A stretch of 64,000 nucleotides of DNA from a virus. Where the stretch lies: IMG/VR virus record IMGVR_UViG_3300042453_001086, positions 96,001-160,000 of that record; one strand, 5' to 3'. The position numbers and the translations under genes are program-made. Each line of letters opens with the position of its first letter. Position 1 is the stretch's first letter. Shown in pieces: positions 44,057 through 52,412 of the stretch. Under the pieces are notes generated by a model. The model was not told the DNA's origin, did no database searches, and worked only from the letters and a program-made list of their open reading frames with translations.

Positions 44057-44442
44057 CGAGCGTACAGATAAGAACCAGCCCAGTCTGCATTAGCAAACAA
44101 CCATTCACGATCTTTGATCAGACGCAGATCATAACGCACACCTTTAGCGGGTGCTTTGAGACTAGCAGGCTTGTAGACTTCACCAGTCTTCTTGTCAATG
44201 AAAGCATGAATGCTATCACGCTTGCCATTGATGCACATGAAGATTTTGTGATACTTACGACCAGAACTATCAAGTTCGTAAGAATAGTTAGAGTGAGGAA
44301 GACCAGCACGGTAAGCATAGTTACGCTTCTGGAAATCCTGCTGGAGAGCATCACACAGCATCATACCATACTTTACAACATTCAAATACAGAGTGTTGCG
44401 AGCATCTTGCTCTGCTTGAAAGTCAGCGAAGGTGGCAGTCAC
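44053..44442 (-). CDS. Conserved phage hypothetical protein
   Basis: RKYHKI..SIHAFIDKKTGEVYKPAS.KAPAKGVRY; GTG start. Confidence 0.78.
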   Translation of the reverse strand: MTATFADFQAEQDARNTLYLNVVKYGMMLCDALQQDFQKRNYAYRAGLPHSNYSYELDSSGRKYHKIFMCINGKRDSIHAFIDKKTGEVYKPASLKAPAKGVRYDLRLIKDREWLFANADWAGSYLYAR

Positions 44443-44467
44443 TTGGCGTTCCGTCGATTACCTATGT

Positions 44468-44496
44468 AATATACACGGGATCTGGTGCCGCGTCAA
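44468..44496 (-). promoter_or_regulatory. Sigma70-type promoter TTGACG-17-TATATT
   Basis: 17-nt spacer. Confidence 0.7.
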
Positions 44497-44500
44497 CCCC

Positions 44501-44791
44501 TCAACGATAAGTGTCTCTAATACGTGCCTCAAGCACTGATATGCGAGCCTTAACTTCCTCCATATCATTCTTCAGATAGTTATGTTGCAGTGATTCATCA
44601 ACAAACTTATCCCTGTAATAGTTGAGTTCATCATCTGTCTCTACAAATATATTCTGTAGTTCTTCGTATTTGATTTTGAGTTCTTCAAAGTTATGACGCC
44701 ATGAATCACGTTCGATACGATATGTGTCACGCTCTTTCTTCATGGCGTCATATTCCATTTTCATCAGAACTTCATCACTGTACTGATCCAT
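44501..44791 (-). CDS. Coiled-coil hypothetical protein
   Basis: Start reassigned to MDQYSDE. Confidence 0.65.
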   Translation of the reverse strand: MDQYSDEVLMKMEYDAMKKERDTYRIERDSWRHNFEELKIKYEELQNIFVETDDELNYYRDKFVDESLQHNYLKNDMEEVKARISVLEARIRDTYR

Positions 44792-44966
44792 TTTTCTCAT
44801 GCTGTTTAATGAACTCTTCCAATGCTTTAGTGAGATAATCTTGCAACTCATCTTGACTCATTTCATTGAAAATGGCATAACGAGGATCATTTGGATCCCA
44901 TTCAATCTCAAGTGTGCCATCAGCATTTTCAGATACTTTTAGCGAATCTTCATTAGTATACGTCAT
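44775..44966 (-). CDS. Hypothetical protein
   Basis: ENADGTLEIEWDPNDP. Confidence 0.68.
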   Translation of the reverse strand: MTYTNEDSLKVSENADGTLEIEWDPNDPRYAIFNEMSQDELQDYLTKALEEFIKQHEKNGSVQ

Positions 44967-45165
44967 TTGGTTCTGCCCAGTTTCTTAAGGTGTCCTCGTA
45001 TTGTTTTATTTTATCACTTTGTTGCATTGTGTAGTTGATTAGAGAATCAATCTGAGATTGCAGACGATTCTCTATCTCATACAATGCATTTGTTGTCTCT
45101 ATGTTTTCTTCCTCAAGTATCTTAACACGATCCTCAAGATATGTCAACAGATCATCCATTTTCAT
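44953..45165 (-). CDS. Coiled-coil hypothetical protein
   Basis: LEDRVKILEEENIETTNALYE. Confidence 0.68.
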   Translation of the reverse strand: MKMDDLLTYLEDRVKILEEENIETTNALYEIENRLQSQIDSLINYTMQQSDKIKQYEDTLRNWAEPNDVY

Positions 45166-45316
45166 CGAAAACTACTCCATTACCTTTACCCTGTAGAGAT
45201 TTAGCCAACAACTGAGCATAAGAATCCATGTATTCAGAATCAAATGCTAGCATACCACTACTTGTTCTGAGACATTCTCTCATTTCTACTAGTTGTTTCC
45301 ATTCTTGGTCGGTCAT
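45152..45316 (-). CDS. Hypothetical protein
   Basis: Start reassigned to MTDQEW (uncertain). Confidence 0.6.
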   Translation of the reverse strand: MTDQEWKQLVEMRECLRTSSGMLAFDSEYMDSYAQLLAKSLQGKGNGVVFDENG

Positions 45317-45413
45317 GGGGTTTTGGCGAATACCACAGTAATTTATCAGCAAATCCACACAAATGGGGATTTCTTAATATTCTCTTTTTCTTTGAGAAAC
45401 AAAACTTTACAGT

Positions 45414-45581
45414 TTAGATGATTCCCATATATTTTAGATACCTACGATATGCGTGATATCTACCAACTGAAGGTTGCCCAGGAACATCCAACTGATGACA
45501 GATTTCACAATACATCAAAAACTCATACCATGGCGTAGTTTCATCTAGCACATGGTATGGGTATTCTTTAGAGTTTTCCAC
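45414..45581 (-). CDS. Hypothetical protein (55 aa, GTG start, not in track)
   Basis: ..TPWYEFLMYCEICHQLDVP..YRRYLK. Confidence 0.55.
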   Translation of the reverse strand: MENSKEYPYHVLDETTPWYEFLMYCEICHQLDVPGQPSVGRYHAYRRYLKYMGII

Positions 45582-45804
45582 CTACTGTTCCCTCGTATGT
45601 TGTGGTAGCAGTCCAGCCTTCTTGGCATCCTTTAAGGTAAAATCTGGTTGCATTAATACAAGTGTCTCGCTGTAATGAGGTGATGAGTTCTTTACCCTCT
45701 TTGGAAAAACTTCTGAAAGTTTTCCAACGAGTTTCTTCCACACGGAATGCATCATCAATCCATTCATGCTCAGCTATTTCGGGGTGCTCGTTTGGGTGGT
45801 TCAT
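45568..45804 (-). CDS. Conserved hypothetical protein
   Basis: WIDDAFRVEETRWK..YEGTVGGKL. Confidence 0.72.
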   Translation of the reverse strand: MNHPNEHPEIAEHEWIDDAFRVEETRWKTFRSFSKEGKELITSLQRDTCINATRFYLKGCQEGWTATTTYEGTVGGKL

Positions 45805-46130
45805 TCAAACTCTCCAGTGCGGTTTTTGATTGTGCCTGAGTAATATACTCCCGTAAGGTTGGTGTCTCCAACCATTCCCAGATTGTGCCGTCTTTCTGGG
45901 TATAGGATTTCGGAACTGTTTGGATTTTCATAGATTTCTACCTCAACGTTAATGTCTCTGTCATTCCAGTGTCTCACCACACCCGCTACAATAAAAGCAT
46001 TGGTGATGAGATATGTAGCGAAGATAAAGGTGCGAATGACTGCAACTTTATCTGCTTCGTTATCGCAGTCGCTTGCCTTTTGCCCCAGTGACTTCGCCCA
46101 CCAGCGCCACATCATTCGTAGTTGCTTCAT
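45801..46130 (-). CDS. Membrane hypothetical protein
   Basis: WWAKSLGQKA..DKVAVIRT, TM helix. Confidence 0.68.
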   Translation of the reverse strand: MKQLRMMWRWWAKSLGQKASDCDNEADKVAVIRTFIFATYLITNAFIVAGVVRHWNDRDINVEVEIYENPNSSEILYPERRHNLGMVGDTNLTGVYYSGTIKNRTGEFE

Positions 46131-46428
46131 ACTGTGTTACTTTGTATCGTGTGATATGTTTGTGAAAGTGGTCGTAGCATTGAAACCAACAAGTTTTCTT
46201 GTCGTTACCGTCTTTGTATTCTAGGCGAATAGGGAATCCAGTGTGAGGAAACTTATCAGGGTCATTGCTAAGTTTAAGACTACATCCCTGTTGGGTAACG
46301 GTAGGGGTCTTTGTATCCTTCTTCTGTTTTGTTAGTTTCCCCCAGTTTTGATCCGTTTCCGCTTTGACGGTAGAGCGGGTACTCTTGGCAGGCTTCGTAG
46401 CAGGCGTCATAGAAACTTTTTTCGGCAT
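46060..46428 (-). CDS. Hypothetical protein with Lys/Thr-rich N-terminus
   Basis: FPIRLEYKDG..CWFQCYDH; overlaps both neighbours. Confidence 0.55.
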   Translation of the reverse strand: MPKKVSMTPATKPAKSTRSTVKAETDQNWGKLTKQKKDTKTPTVTQQGCSLKLSNDPDKFPHTGFPIRLEYKDGNDKKTCWFQCYDHFHKHITRYKVTQYEATTNDVALVGEVTGAKGKRLR

Positions 46429-46582
46429 AACCACATCCTAACATGAAAGATTTAAAAATGTCAAGCAACTCGTGTGCATCAAGGTCTGAGCAATCAGTTT
46501 TGATTGTCAGTGTCTTGGATGGGTAGCGTTCACCCATGCACACCAGTTCATCGCTTTTGTAAGTGAAAGTCGTTGTGCTCAT
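46280..46582 (-). CDS. Hypothetical protein
   Basis: ATGA-coupled to the upstream gene. Confidence 0.6.
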   Translation of the reverse strand: MSTTTFTYKSDELVCMGERYPSKTLTIKTDCSDLDAHELLDIFKSFMLGCGYAEKSFYDACYEACQEYPLYRQSGNGSKLGETNKTEEGYKDPYRYPTGM

Positions 46583-46974
46583 CGCCCTGTCACATCCTCA
46601 TAATCTTGTAGTTTACCATACTTGAAGTGCAAACGCAAGCGCGGCCAGTCTTCCCACGCTCCCTTCCATCCTTCGGGATGGATTTCAATATACTTTGTCA
46701 GATAGTGTGGTTGATACCTACCATGCTCACCAGTTGGCATCCATTCGTGGTTTCCCCATTTAATGTTAGGGTCATATCGTGGGTCATCCTCTTCAAATAC
46801 TTCAAATGTATGTGTGCCAACGTAACTTGGATACCACAAAAGACCATTGGGGTCTAACCAATAGTCAGTCATTGTGCCACCAATACCATCTTCAATATCT
46901 TTGGTTTGGCACACCACATTTGTAAACTGCTCACCCAAATCATACGATGAGCGAAAGTAATCAAACATTCCCAT
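46579..46974 (-). CDS. Conserved phage hypothetical protein
   Basis: MGMFDY..QTKDIE pattern. Confidence 0.75.
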   Translation of the reverse strand: MGMFDYFRSSYDLGEQFTNVVCQTKDIEDGIGGTMTDYWLDPNGLLWYPSYVGTHTFEVFEEDDPRYDPNIKWGNHEWMPTGEHGRYQPHYLTKYIEIHPEGWKGAWEDWPRLRLHFKYGKLQDYEDVTGR

Positions 46975-47236
46975 GTTTCTCTACCGTAGCCCTCCAGAAA
47001 TCAGATGTCATGTTATTCGACCCAGTTACTTTAGCAACGATGATGCCATCAATCAACGCCACAAGCGTTGGTGTAGCTTCAACACCACAATCAGTAGCAA
47101 ATTGTGTCCACTGTTTGCCCTCTTTAGCATTGGTGATGGTGACAACATTCTCCCATCCTTCTACCTTATTCAGTTGTGTTTCGGCATACATGCAAGGTCT
47201 ACAACCTTCCTGCACGAATAAATGAATCTCGGTCAT
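46961..47236 (-). CDS. Thioredoxin/glutaredoxin-like protein
   Basis: CRPC active site, cis-Pro-type VEATPTL. Confidence 0.8.
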   Translation of the reverse strand: MTEIHLFVQEGCRPCMYAETQLNKVEGWENVVTITNAKEGKQWTQFATDCGVEATPTLVALIDGIIVAKVTGSNNMTSDFWRATVEKHGNV

Positions 47237-47403
47237 GTCGTTGTCATCCTAAGTTTGTTGAAACTATCTATAAAGGTTTCCCAACCTTCATCCAGTTGTT
47301 TCTCCGCCCAACCCCATGCACCGTGCTCCATACCATCAATCTGAGCACAATCAATCTCACTTTTGATTAGATCGCGCAACATTTCTACTTGCTCTTTAGT
47401 CAT
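47233..47403 (-). CDS. Hypothetical protein
   Basis: Start MTKEQVE, ATGA coupling. Confidence 0.62.
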   Translation of the reverse strand: MTKEQVEMLRDLIKSEIDCAQIDGMEHGAWGWAEKQLDEGWETFIDSFNKLRMTTT

Positions 47404-47711
47404 TCTGTTTGCTCCCAAAGTTTTTCACGCATCATTCTAACACATTTATCCCACTGCATCGTAGAATATGAAGGTCGTGGGTCTTCCTTCGGCAACCATC
47501 GCTCCACTGCCTCTACAATCTCATCACACATATCAATAGAGAATCCTAGCTCATGTCGCATGACATTCCACAGCGATGGTGGGCGCTTGAAATGTTTATC
47601 AAGTAGTTTATCAAGGTCAAATACACCATCTTCCTTTGCTTGTTTCATAGCATTACGCAGACCTTCATCTACTTGCTCTGGTGTTTGTGGTGTTGGTTGA
47701 TATTCAGTCAT
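47400..47711 (-). CDS. Hypothetical protein
   Basis: Coupled ORF. Confidence 0.65.
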   Translation of the reverse strand: MTEYQPTPQTPEQVDEGLRNAMKQAKEDGVFDLDKLLDKHFKRPPSLWNVMRHELGFSIDMCDEIVEAVERWLPKEDPRPSYSTMQWDKCVRMMREKLWEQTE

Positions 47712-47875
47712 CGGATTCCAGTGTCAAAGAGTTTTTTAAGTTCGTGGTAGACAAGCACTAAATCTCGGTCGGTAGATAGGTGACCGCAATCCTTTGCTCC
47801 TCGTAAAAACTCATAGAGCTCTTTTGCTTGTTGCTCTGTGAGTGTGAGTTTGTAGTTTTTTTGGATTTCAATCAT
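47708..47875 (-). CDS. Hypothetical protein (55 aa, not in track)
   Basis: MIEIQKNYKLTLTEQQAKELYEFL...; ATGA coupling at both ends. Confidence 0.62.
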   Translation of the reverse strand: MIEIQKNYKLTLTEQQAKELYEFLRGAKDCGHLSTDRDLVLVYHELKKLFDTGIR

Positions 47876-48099
47876 TTTCTATCACCCCATAGTTGTTCAA
47901 AATACTTACCATCTCTACCACAATACATCTCAAAATGTCTGGCATCTTTACAACTTTCACTTTTTTTGTCTCCCGTCACCAAATCACCAGTTATGATTGG
48001 ATTATAACATCTATCAAGTGAGTTGTTCCCAAAAAGATGACCCAACCAACTTTTCTTATAATAGAGACAATCTTTACATAGTTTGCGTTTTTCAGTCAT
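47872..48099 (-). CDS. Cys-rich hypothetical protein
   Basis: CKDC..C..C..C. Confidence 0.68.
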   Translation of the reverse strand: MTEKRKLCKDCLYYKKSWLGHLFGNNSLDRCYNPIITGDLVTGDKKSESCKDARHFEMYCGRDGKYFEQLWGDRK

Positions 48100-48278
48100 A
48101 AAATGTAAGGTTGCTGGGGGTCTTCATACCATGTTTCATTATAGCACAACCACGGCTCTTCTTTGTGCGTCATTTGTGCCATCCAATGCTGCCCGTTTTC
48201 ATCAATCGCATCCAAGTAATGAATGCGCGTCTTAGGGTCAATCGTGCGAGTGATTGAAACAAACTTTACTTTACTCAT
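48096..48278 (-). CDS. Hypothetical protein
   Basis: IHYLDAIDENGQHW. Confidence 0.68.
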   Translation of the reverse strand: MSKVKFVSITRTIDPKTRIHYLDAIDENGQHWMAQMTHKEEPWLCYNETWYEDPQQPYIL

Positions 48279-48498
48279 GTCTCACAAACTCCTTGTATTC
48301 AGGGATTTTACCACAAATGTTGTCGGCATAGCTGGGAGAGTCGCCTTTCATCATCATCCGACACTCCATGTTTTTAGCATATGCTTCTTGGAATACTTGG
48401 TTTTGTTTGAGACCAAACAATCCAATCCCACCAAAGAAAAGCAGTGGGAAAACAACAATGGCAATCAGAAAAATCAAACCTTCTTCACTAAAACGCAT
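48271..48498 (-). CDS. Membrane hypothetical protein
   Basis: N-terminal TM helix, two Cys. Confidence 0.65.
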   Translation of the reverse strand: MRFSEEGLIFLIAIVVFPLLFFGGIGLFGLKQNQVFQEAYAKNMECRMMMKGDSPSYADNICGKIPEYKEFVRHE

Positions 48499-48787
48499 AC
48501 TTAGCCTCCGTTTCTTTCATACGCAGCAGGAATCCATCATCACCAATGTCACCACTGTAGAGATAGTCAATGTGCTTCATAATCTCTGCCATCTTACGCA
48601 GTTTGGGAATCTGCTCCTGTAAAACATCAATCACATCAGGGTCATGGTTGGGATACCATTCATAACCATATGTGCGGTCTTCATCCCTAGCCTTACCATT
48701 ATTCTCAATCTCTACTTCCAACTCATCAGCAAACTGTGATACCTTGTAGTAATCGTAACCACAATCTCCAAAGTGTCCACCGCTCAT
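48488..48787 (-). CDS. Conserved phage hypothetical protein
   Basis: MSGGHF..IDYLYSGDIGDDGF. Confidence 0.75.
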   Translation of the reverse strand: MSGGHFGDCGYDYYKVSQFADELEVEIENNGKARDEDRTYGYEWYPNHDPDVIDVLQEQIPKLRKMAEIMKHIDYLYSGDIGDDGFLLRMKETEAKYAF

Positions 48788-48996
48788 TTTACTGCCTCCA
48801 GTTCATCAAGTTTTTCATTTACAAAACCAGTCATATCAATCGTGCGAGGATCTACACCTTCATCAAGGCAATCAAGGTGAAACTCCATCACAGCACCAAG
48901 GATCAGACAAGCACGGCGTTTGTCATGCTCAGTGATAGTTGTGTGTGGCATCGCAACATAGTTGACAATGTGCTCGTAGAGTTGGTCGTAAGTCAT
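48784..48996 (-). CDS. Hypothetical protein
   Basis: Coupled ORF. Confidence 0.68.
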   Translation of the reverse strand: MTYDQLYEHIVNYVAMPHTTITEHDKRRACLILGAVMEFHLDCLDEGVDPRTIDMTGFVNEKLDELEAVK

Positions 48997-49277
48997 TATT
49001 CTTGGGGAGTTTGATTAGGAACTGGAGGTGGTGGTGCTACAGGTGGTAGTGTAACAGGTTGCGGTTGGGGAGCGGGGATTGTTACAGGAGTTGTAGCCTT
49101 CTGCTCCAACTCAGAAATCTTTTTCTGTAAATCAGTGATATGCTGCTCGTATGTATTATTAACTTCTTCTGCTGGTTTTGTTTGGTTTTCATTTGCCAGT
49201 TTCCAACCAGCAGCACCAGCAGCAAAGATACTTGCGAGAGCAGCAAATACAGAAACAGTCTTAGAAAAACTCATCAA
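48996..49277 (-). CDS. Membrane-anchored coiled-coil, Pro-rich protein
   Basis: N-terminal hydrophobic helix; C-terminal PAPQPQPVTLPPVAPPPP. Confidence 0.68.
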   Translation of the reverse strand: MMSFSKTVSVFAALASIFAAGAAGWKLANENQTKPAEEVNNTYEQHITDLQKKISELEQKATTPVTIPAPQPQPVTLPPVAPPPPVPNQTPQE

Positions 49278-49453
49278 TAATCTTCCTCGTCAAAGGTAAA
49301 GTATTCGTAGATTTGAGACATTACGGCGTCTTCAATCCGCTCTATAATAGCACCTTCACAAGGATTCTCAACGTGTTTGTGTGCTAATGCATACCCACGA
49401 CGCACACCTTCTTCGATTGCCATTTCAAGAATCACACGGGTTTTAGGTTTCAT
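49274..49453 (-). CDS. Conserved hypothetical protein (59 aa, not in track)
   Basis: MKPKTRVILEMAIEEGVRRGY..AHKHVENP. Confidence 0.7.
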   Translation of the reverse strand: MKPKTRVILEMAIEEGVRRGYALAHKHVENPCEGAIIERIEDAVMSQIYEYFTFDEEDY

Positions 49454-49635
49454 TCTTCATCCTCCACAGGAAACATTGTAGCATACTCTTCATCAGTGAC
49501 AGTGAGAATCTCTAAGGTGCCATTCTCAGTTGCCTCCGTGATTTCTTCATCATACATCACAAAGTAGCGAGCAAACTCGTGTAAACTGGTGCTGCCAAAC
49601 TCAACAACACCATCAATCAGACAAAGGTAGTTCAT
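49450..49635 (-). CDS. Acidic hypothetical protein
   Basis: Start reassigned to MNYLCLIDG. Confidence 0.65.
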   Translation of the reverse strand: MNYLCLIDGVVEFGSTSLHEFARYFVMYDEEITEATENGTLEILTVTDEEYATMFPVEDEE

Positions 49636-49636
49636 T

Positions 49637-49810
49637 TCAGTTCTGGTGTTGTTTAAGGTGAAGTTGGATACATTCCATAACATCATCAAGTGTAGAAGCA
49701 CTACCATCATAGTAGTAATCCATATTGATTACATCTGTGACTTTGAGTTTGTAATAAAAATCTCCATCAGATGAATACTGATGAATGATGATGTCAGTTT
49801 CGTAGCTCAC
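49637..49810 (-). CDS. Hypothetical protein (57 aa, GTG start, not in track)
   Basis: MSYETDIIIHQYSSDGDFYYKL...; GTGA coupling. Confidence 0.58.
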   Translation of the reverse strand: MSYETDIIIHQYSSDGDFYYKLKVTDVINMDYYYDGSASTLDDVMECIQLHLKQHQN

Positions 49811-50043
49811 AAGATTACATCCTTGATTTCAGTGATAACTTCCCAGTGTGCGTCAGCTTTGTCACCGAAGCGATTGCTACCAGTGCGAGTGCTGACCCAG
49901 AAGAAGTATTTGCGGTTTTCGGCAGCAAGGAATAACTCACCGCCAGTATCCTGCTCTACAACACAAACAGGATTGCCTTCCATTGTGTTAGCAAGACGAT
50001 TCTTTGCCTTGCTACTTTTAGGTTTTACAATAACCTTCCTCAT
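49807..50043 (-). CDS. Conserved hypothetical protein
   Basis: VKPKSSKAKNRLANTMEGNP. Confidence 0.72.
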   Translation of the reverse strand: MRKVIVKPKSSKAKNRLANTMEGNPVCVVEQDTGGELFLAAENRKYFFWVSTRTGSNRFGDKADAHWEVITEIKDVIL

Positions 50044-50234
50044 TTACCAGCGATGAGAGCGAGAATGACAAAGATAACAAGGAAAGCGAGAGCAATCAGG
50101 GCACTAATCCACAGCGGCGACAGCACCCACACCCACGTCCAAGTAATATGACCCGTGAGTTTCAGACCGACAAACAGGACGGTCAGAAGACCAGGAAAAC
50201 CGATACCGCTGGAGGAAGAAGAGGAGCTAGACAT
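50040..50234 (-). CDS. Small phage membrane protein (LKL..W.W.WVLSPLW family)
   Basis: Start reassigned to MSSSSSSSSG after the promoter. Confidence 0.72.
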   Translation of the reverse strand: MSSSSSSSSGIGFPGLLTVLFVGLKLTGHITWTWVWVLSPLWISALIALAFLVIFVILALIAGK

Positions 50235-50258
50235 GGCGTGTCTTTCGTTGATGTATGT

Positions 50259-50287
50259 AATATAACACCCCTCAACGGCGCTGTCAA
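50259..50287 (-). promoter_or_regulatory. Sigma70-type promoter TTGACA-17-TATATT
   Basis: 17-nt spacer; flanked by a CACCCC/GGGGTG stem. Confidence 0.75.
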
Positions 50288-50304
50288 GGGGTGATTGATA
50301 AGTG

Positions 50305-50853
50305 TTACGGATACTTGCCGACGATACCAATAGTATATCTTATCTGTCCACCAAATCCCGTGAATGATGTGTCAACGTCTGCTCGAATGTCAGATACTAC
50401 TGCTCTTCCATTAGCAATATCTTCCAATACTTTGAGGAAATGTTTCTCCATTTCTGTTGTTGGTTTAGGAAAAGCAAAACATGTTGATACTGAAGTTTTG
50501 TTGATTACTTTATCTGCACTGATGTAGTCGCCATTGATAATCATTTTACCATTCTCTACCTTGCCAGTAGGAATGACAACATCATCTATACCATTAGAAA
50601 TAGAAAGCTCATTGGTAGCAGCATTGAATGTTAGTTGCCCTTGAGGTTGAGCAGCAATAGATGTATAACTAGGTGATAATGTAATCCCATTGTGGGGATT
50701 CATTGTGATAATATCATCTGCCATACCTCCACGCAGACCAGATAAAAAACTATCTCTAAACTCATCAATGGTTGGTTTTTTTTCTTCTACGACTTCCTCT
50801 TCTTTCTTCTCACCGTAGATTTCTTCGTATTTGTCAAGTAATGGATTACTCAT
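50305..50853 (-). CDS. Hypothetical protein
   Basis: 182-aa coupled ORF. Confidence 0.68.
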   Translation of the reverse strand: MSNPLLDKYEEIYGEKKEEEVVEEKKPTIDEFRDSFLSGLRGGMADDIITMNPHNGITLSPSYTSIAAQPQGQLTFNAATNELSISNGIDDVVIPTGKVENGKMIINGDYISADKVINKTSVSTCFAFPKPTTEMEKHFLKVLEDIANGRAVVSDIRADVDTSFTGFGGQIRYTIGIVGKYP

Positions 50854-51056
50854 TTCTTTTTCTTCCTGTCAATAACTTCTACATGGGTAACATATCCTGC
50901 TGGAACTTGCATCCAACGTGCTGTAACTTCATCATACCATTCGTATGTTTCTACTTTACCACTGGCATAGAATAGTTTGTATTTGTGTCTGTCGTATGGT
51001 TTATAACAGCTCTGTGAAAAGTATTCTGGTGATGATTTAGGAATCAGTTGTGTCAT
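50850..51056 (-). CDS. Conserved hypothetical protein
   Basis: KPYDRHKYKL..W..VEVID. Confidence 0.7.
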   Translation of the reverse strand: MTQLIPKSSPEYFSQSCYKPYDRHKYKLFYASGKVETYEWYDEVTARWMQVPAGYVTHVEVIDRKKKK

Positions 51057-51328
51057 AGATATGAATCTCCACGATGGTATCTATCAAAGTTGCGTGGCGA
51101 GAATGTTAGAAAATCACAGCGAATCTCAAACCACTTCCAGCGGAATGAGAATCCTGTGAGTGAGCGACTACCGAAGCTAATCAGTAGCATTGGGAATATT
51201 TCTGTGGCAGGGTATTCATCCCACTGAATAGTCATATCCAACAGTGCAAAGTGTGGATATGCTGAGAGCAGTTGGAAATACCATTCATGCCCGTAATCTT
51301 CGTAGTGTGCTGCGTCAAATAGTTTCAT
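51053..51328 (-). CDS. Hypothetical protein
   Basis: HYEDYGHEWYFQ. Confidence 0.7.
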   Translation of the reverse strand: MKLFDAAHYEDYGHEWYFQLLSAYPHFALLDMTIQWDEYPATEIFPMLLISFGSRSLTGFSFRWKWFEIRCDFLTFSPRNFDRYHRGDSYL

Positions 51329-51540
51329 TCTGCTAACCTCAGTTTACGCTCTGGTGAAGGAATGTGTATACGATATGCGTCATCGTATGGGTAGACGTAT
51401 TCATAATACCAACCAACATTAATGGTTTCCCAAAACTCTCCATAACCCCATTCATCGCCAGCATTGTAGGCATCAACGGCAGAGCAGATATAGTGGAATC
51501 CTTCGAGGAAGTCATCCCACTTAGATTCTTTAAACCTCAT
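51325..51540 (-). CDS. Hypothetical protein
   Basis: Start reassigned to MRFKES. Confidence 0.62.
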   Translation of the reverse strand: MRFKESKWDDFLEGFHYICSAVDAYNAGDEWGYGEFWETINVGWYYEYVYPYDDAYRIHIPSPERKLRLAE

Positions 51541-51724
51541 CCCATTCCTCGTATCTGGTATTGATTTTACCACAGTTGTTGAAGATATTCAAGTGCCCTG
51601 TGCGACCATCCTCAAAATAGAATGCCATCCACACATGCTCGCCTTCATCCATCACCTCATAGTGGTAGGATTTGATATTATCAAGCAGAAACTCGTCTGG
51701 GTTGAATAGTGTTTTGTCGTCCAT
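51530..51724 (-). CDS. Hypothetical protein
   Basis: Start reassigned to MDDKTLFNPDEF. Confidence 0.65.
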   Translation of the reverse strand: MDDKTLFNPDEFLLDNIKSYHYEVMDEGEHVWMAFYFEDGRTGHLNIFNNCGKINTRYEEWDEV

Positions 51725-52134
51725 TATGAATAGTTGAAGTAAAAGTGTGTTTCCCAATCAAGTGCTGGTTGGTCTCTACGCTCAATCATCTTTACAATAT
51801 ATGATGGAATCAGATTAGCATACTGAGTCATAAATTCTTCTTGTGTAGGCTGTGTTAGACCATAAATGTAATGGTCGGCACCCTCACCAATAAACTTAAC
51901 AAACCTCTCAAGGTCGTAATCTTTACCATTATGTAAATCGTAGTTACGACATACTTTCAACCAGAAAGACATACCCTCTCCAGTGGCAAAGTATTCAATC
52001 GCAAAGAAACGATAGAATGGTCGCTCAGTTTTAGCGAGCTTTTCTAGTGCTGGTTTATACTCTTCGATTGCTTCTTTAGCAATGTTGATTGCTTCGCGTT
52101 TTGCTGCTTCTTCAAGCATTTCTTCGTGTGTCAT
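51724..52134 (-). CDS. Hypothetical protein
   Basis: Coupled ORF. Confidence 0.68.
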   Translation of the reverse strand: MTHEEMLEEAAKREAINIAKEAIEEYKPALEKLAKTERPFYRFFAIEYFATGEGMSFWLKVCRNYDLHNGKDYDLERFVKFIGEGADHYIYGLTQPTQEEFMTQYANLIPSYIVKMIERRDQPALDWETHFYFNYS

Positions 52135-52411
52135 GTGTCACCTCAAAACATACTGAGTTAAACTTACCTTTGACTCCTCTGAGTTCTATTTTAGTGTGTT
52201 GAGAATGAACGTAAACATGCTCAACGTAGTATTTGTCGCCTACTATTAGGATACCAGTGGGGTCATCGTTAGACCCCCATCTTACCTGCTCTATAGTGCA
52301 TCCGAGATACTTTACTGTATTTCCTACTTTGATTCTATCCATTGCTGCCCACCCTAGATTAGGCCAAGTATCTCTATATATTTGATTGAGACGCTCGTTG
52401 TCATAATACAT
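52112..52411 (-). CDS. Hypothetical protein
   Basis: Start uncertain (an internal M is possible); HTKIELRGVKGKFNSVCF. Confidence 0.6.
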   Translation of the reverse strand: MYYDNERLNQIYRDTWPNLGWAAMDRIKVGNTVKYLGCTIEQVRWGSNDDPTGILIVGDKYYVEHVYVHSQHTKIELRGVKGKFNSVCFEVTHDTRRNA

Positions 52412-52412
52412 G

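Noticed and set aside
45574-45582. Extra DnaA-like box TTTTCCACC
   Set aside because: Single, mismatched and inside coding sequence
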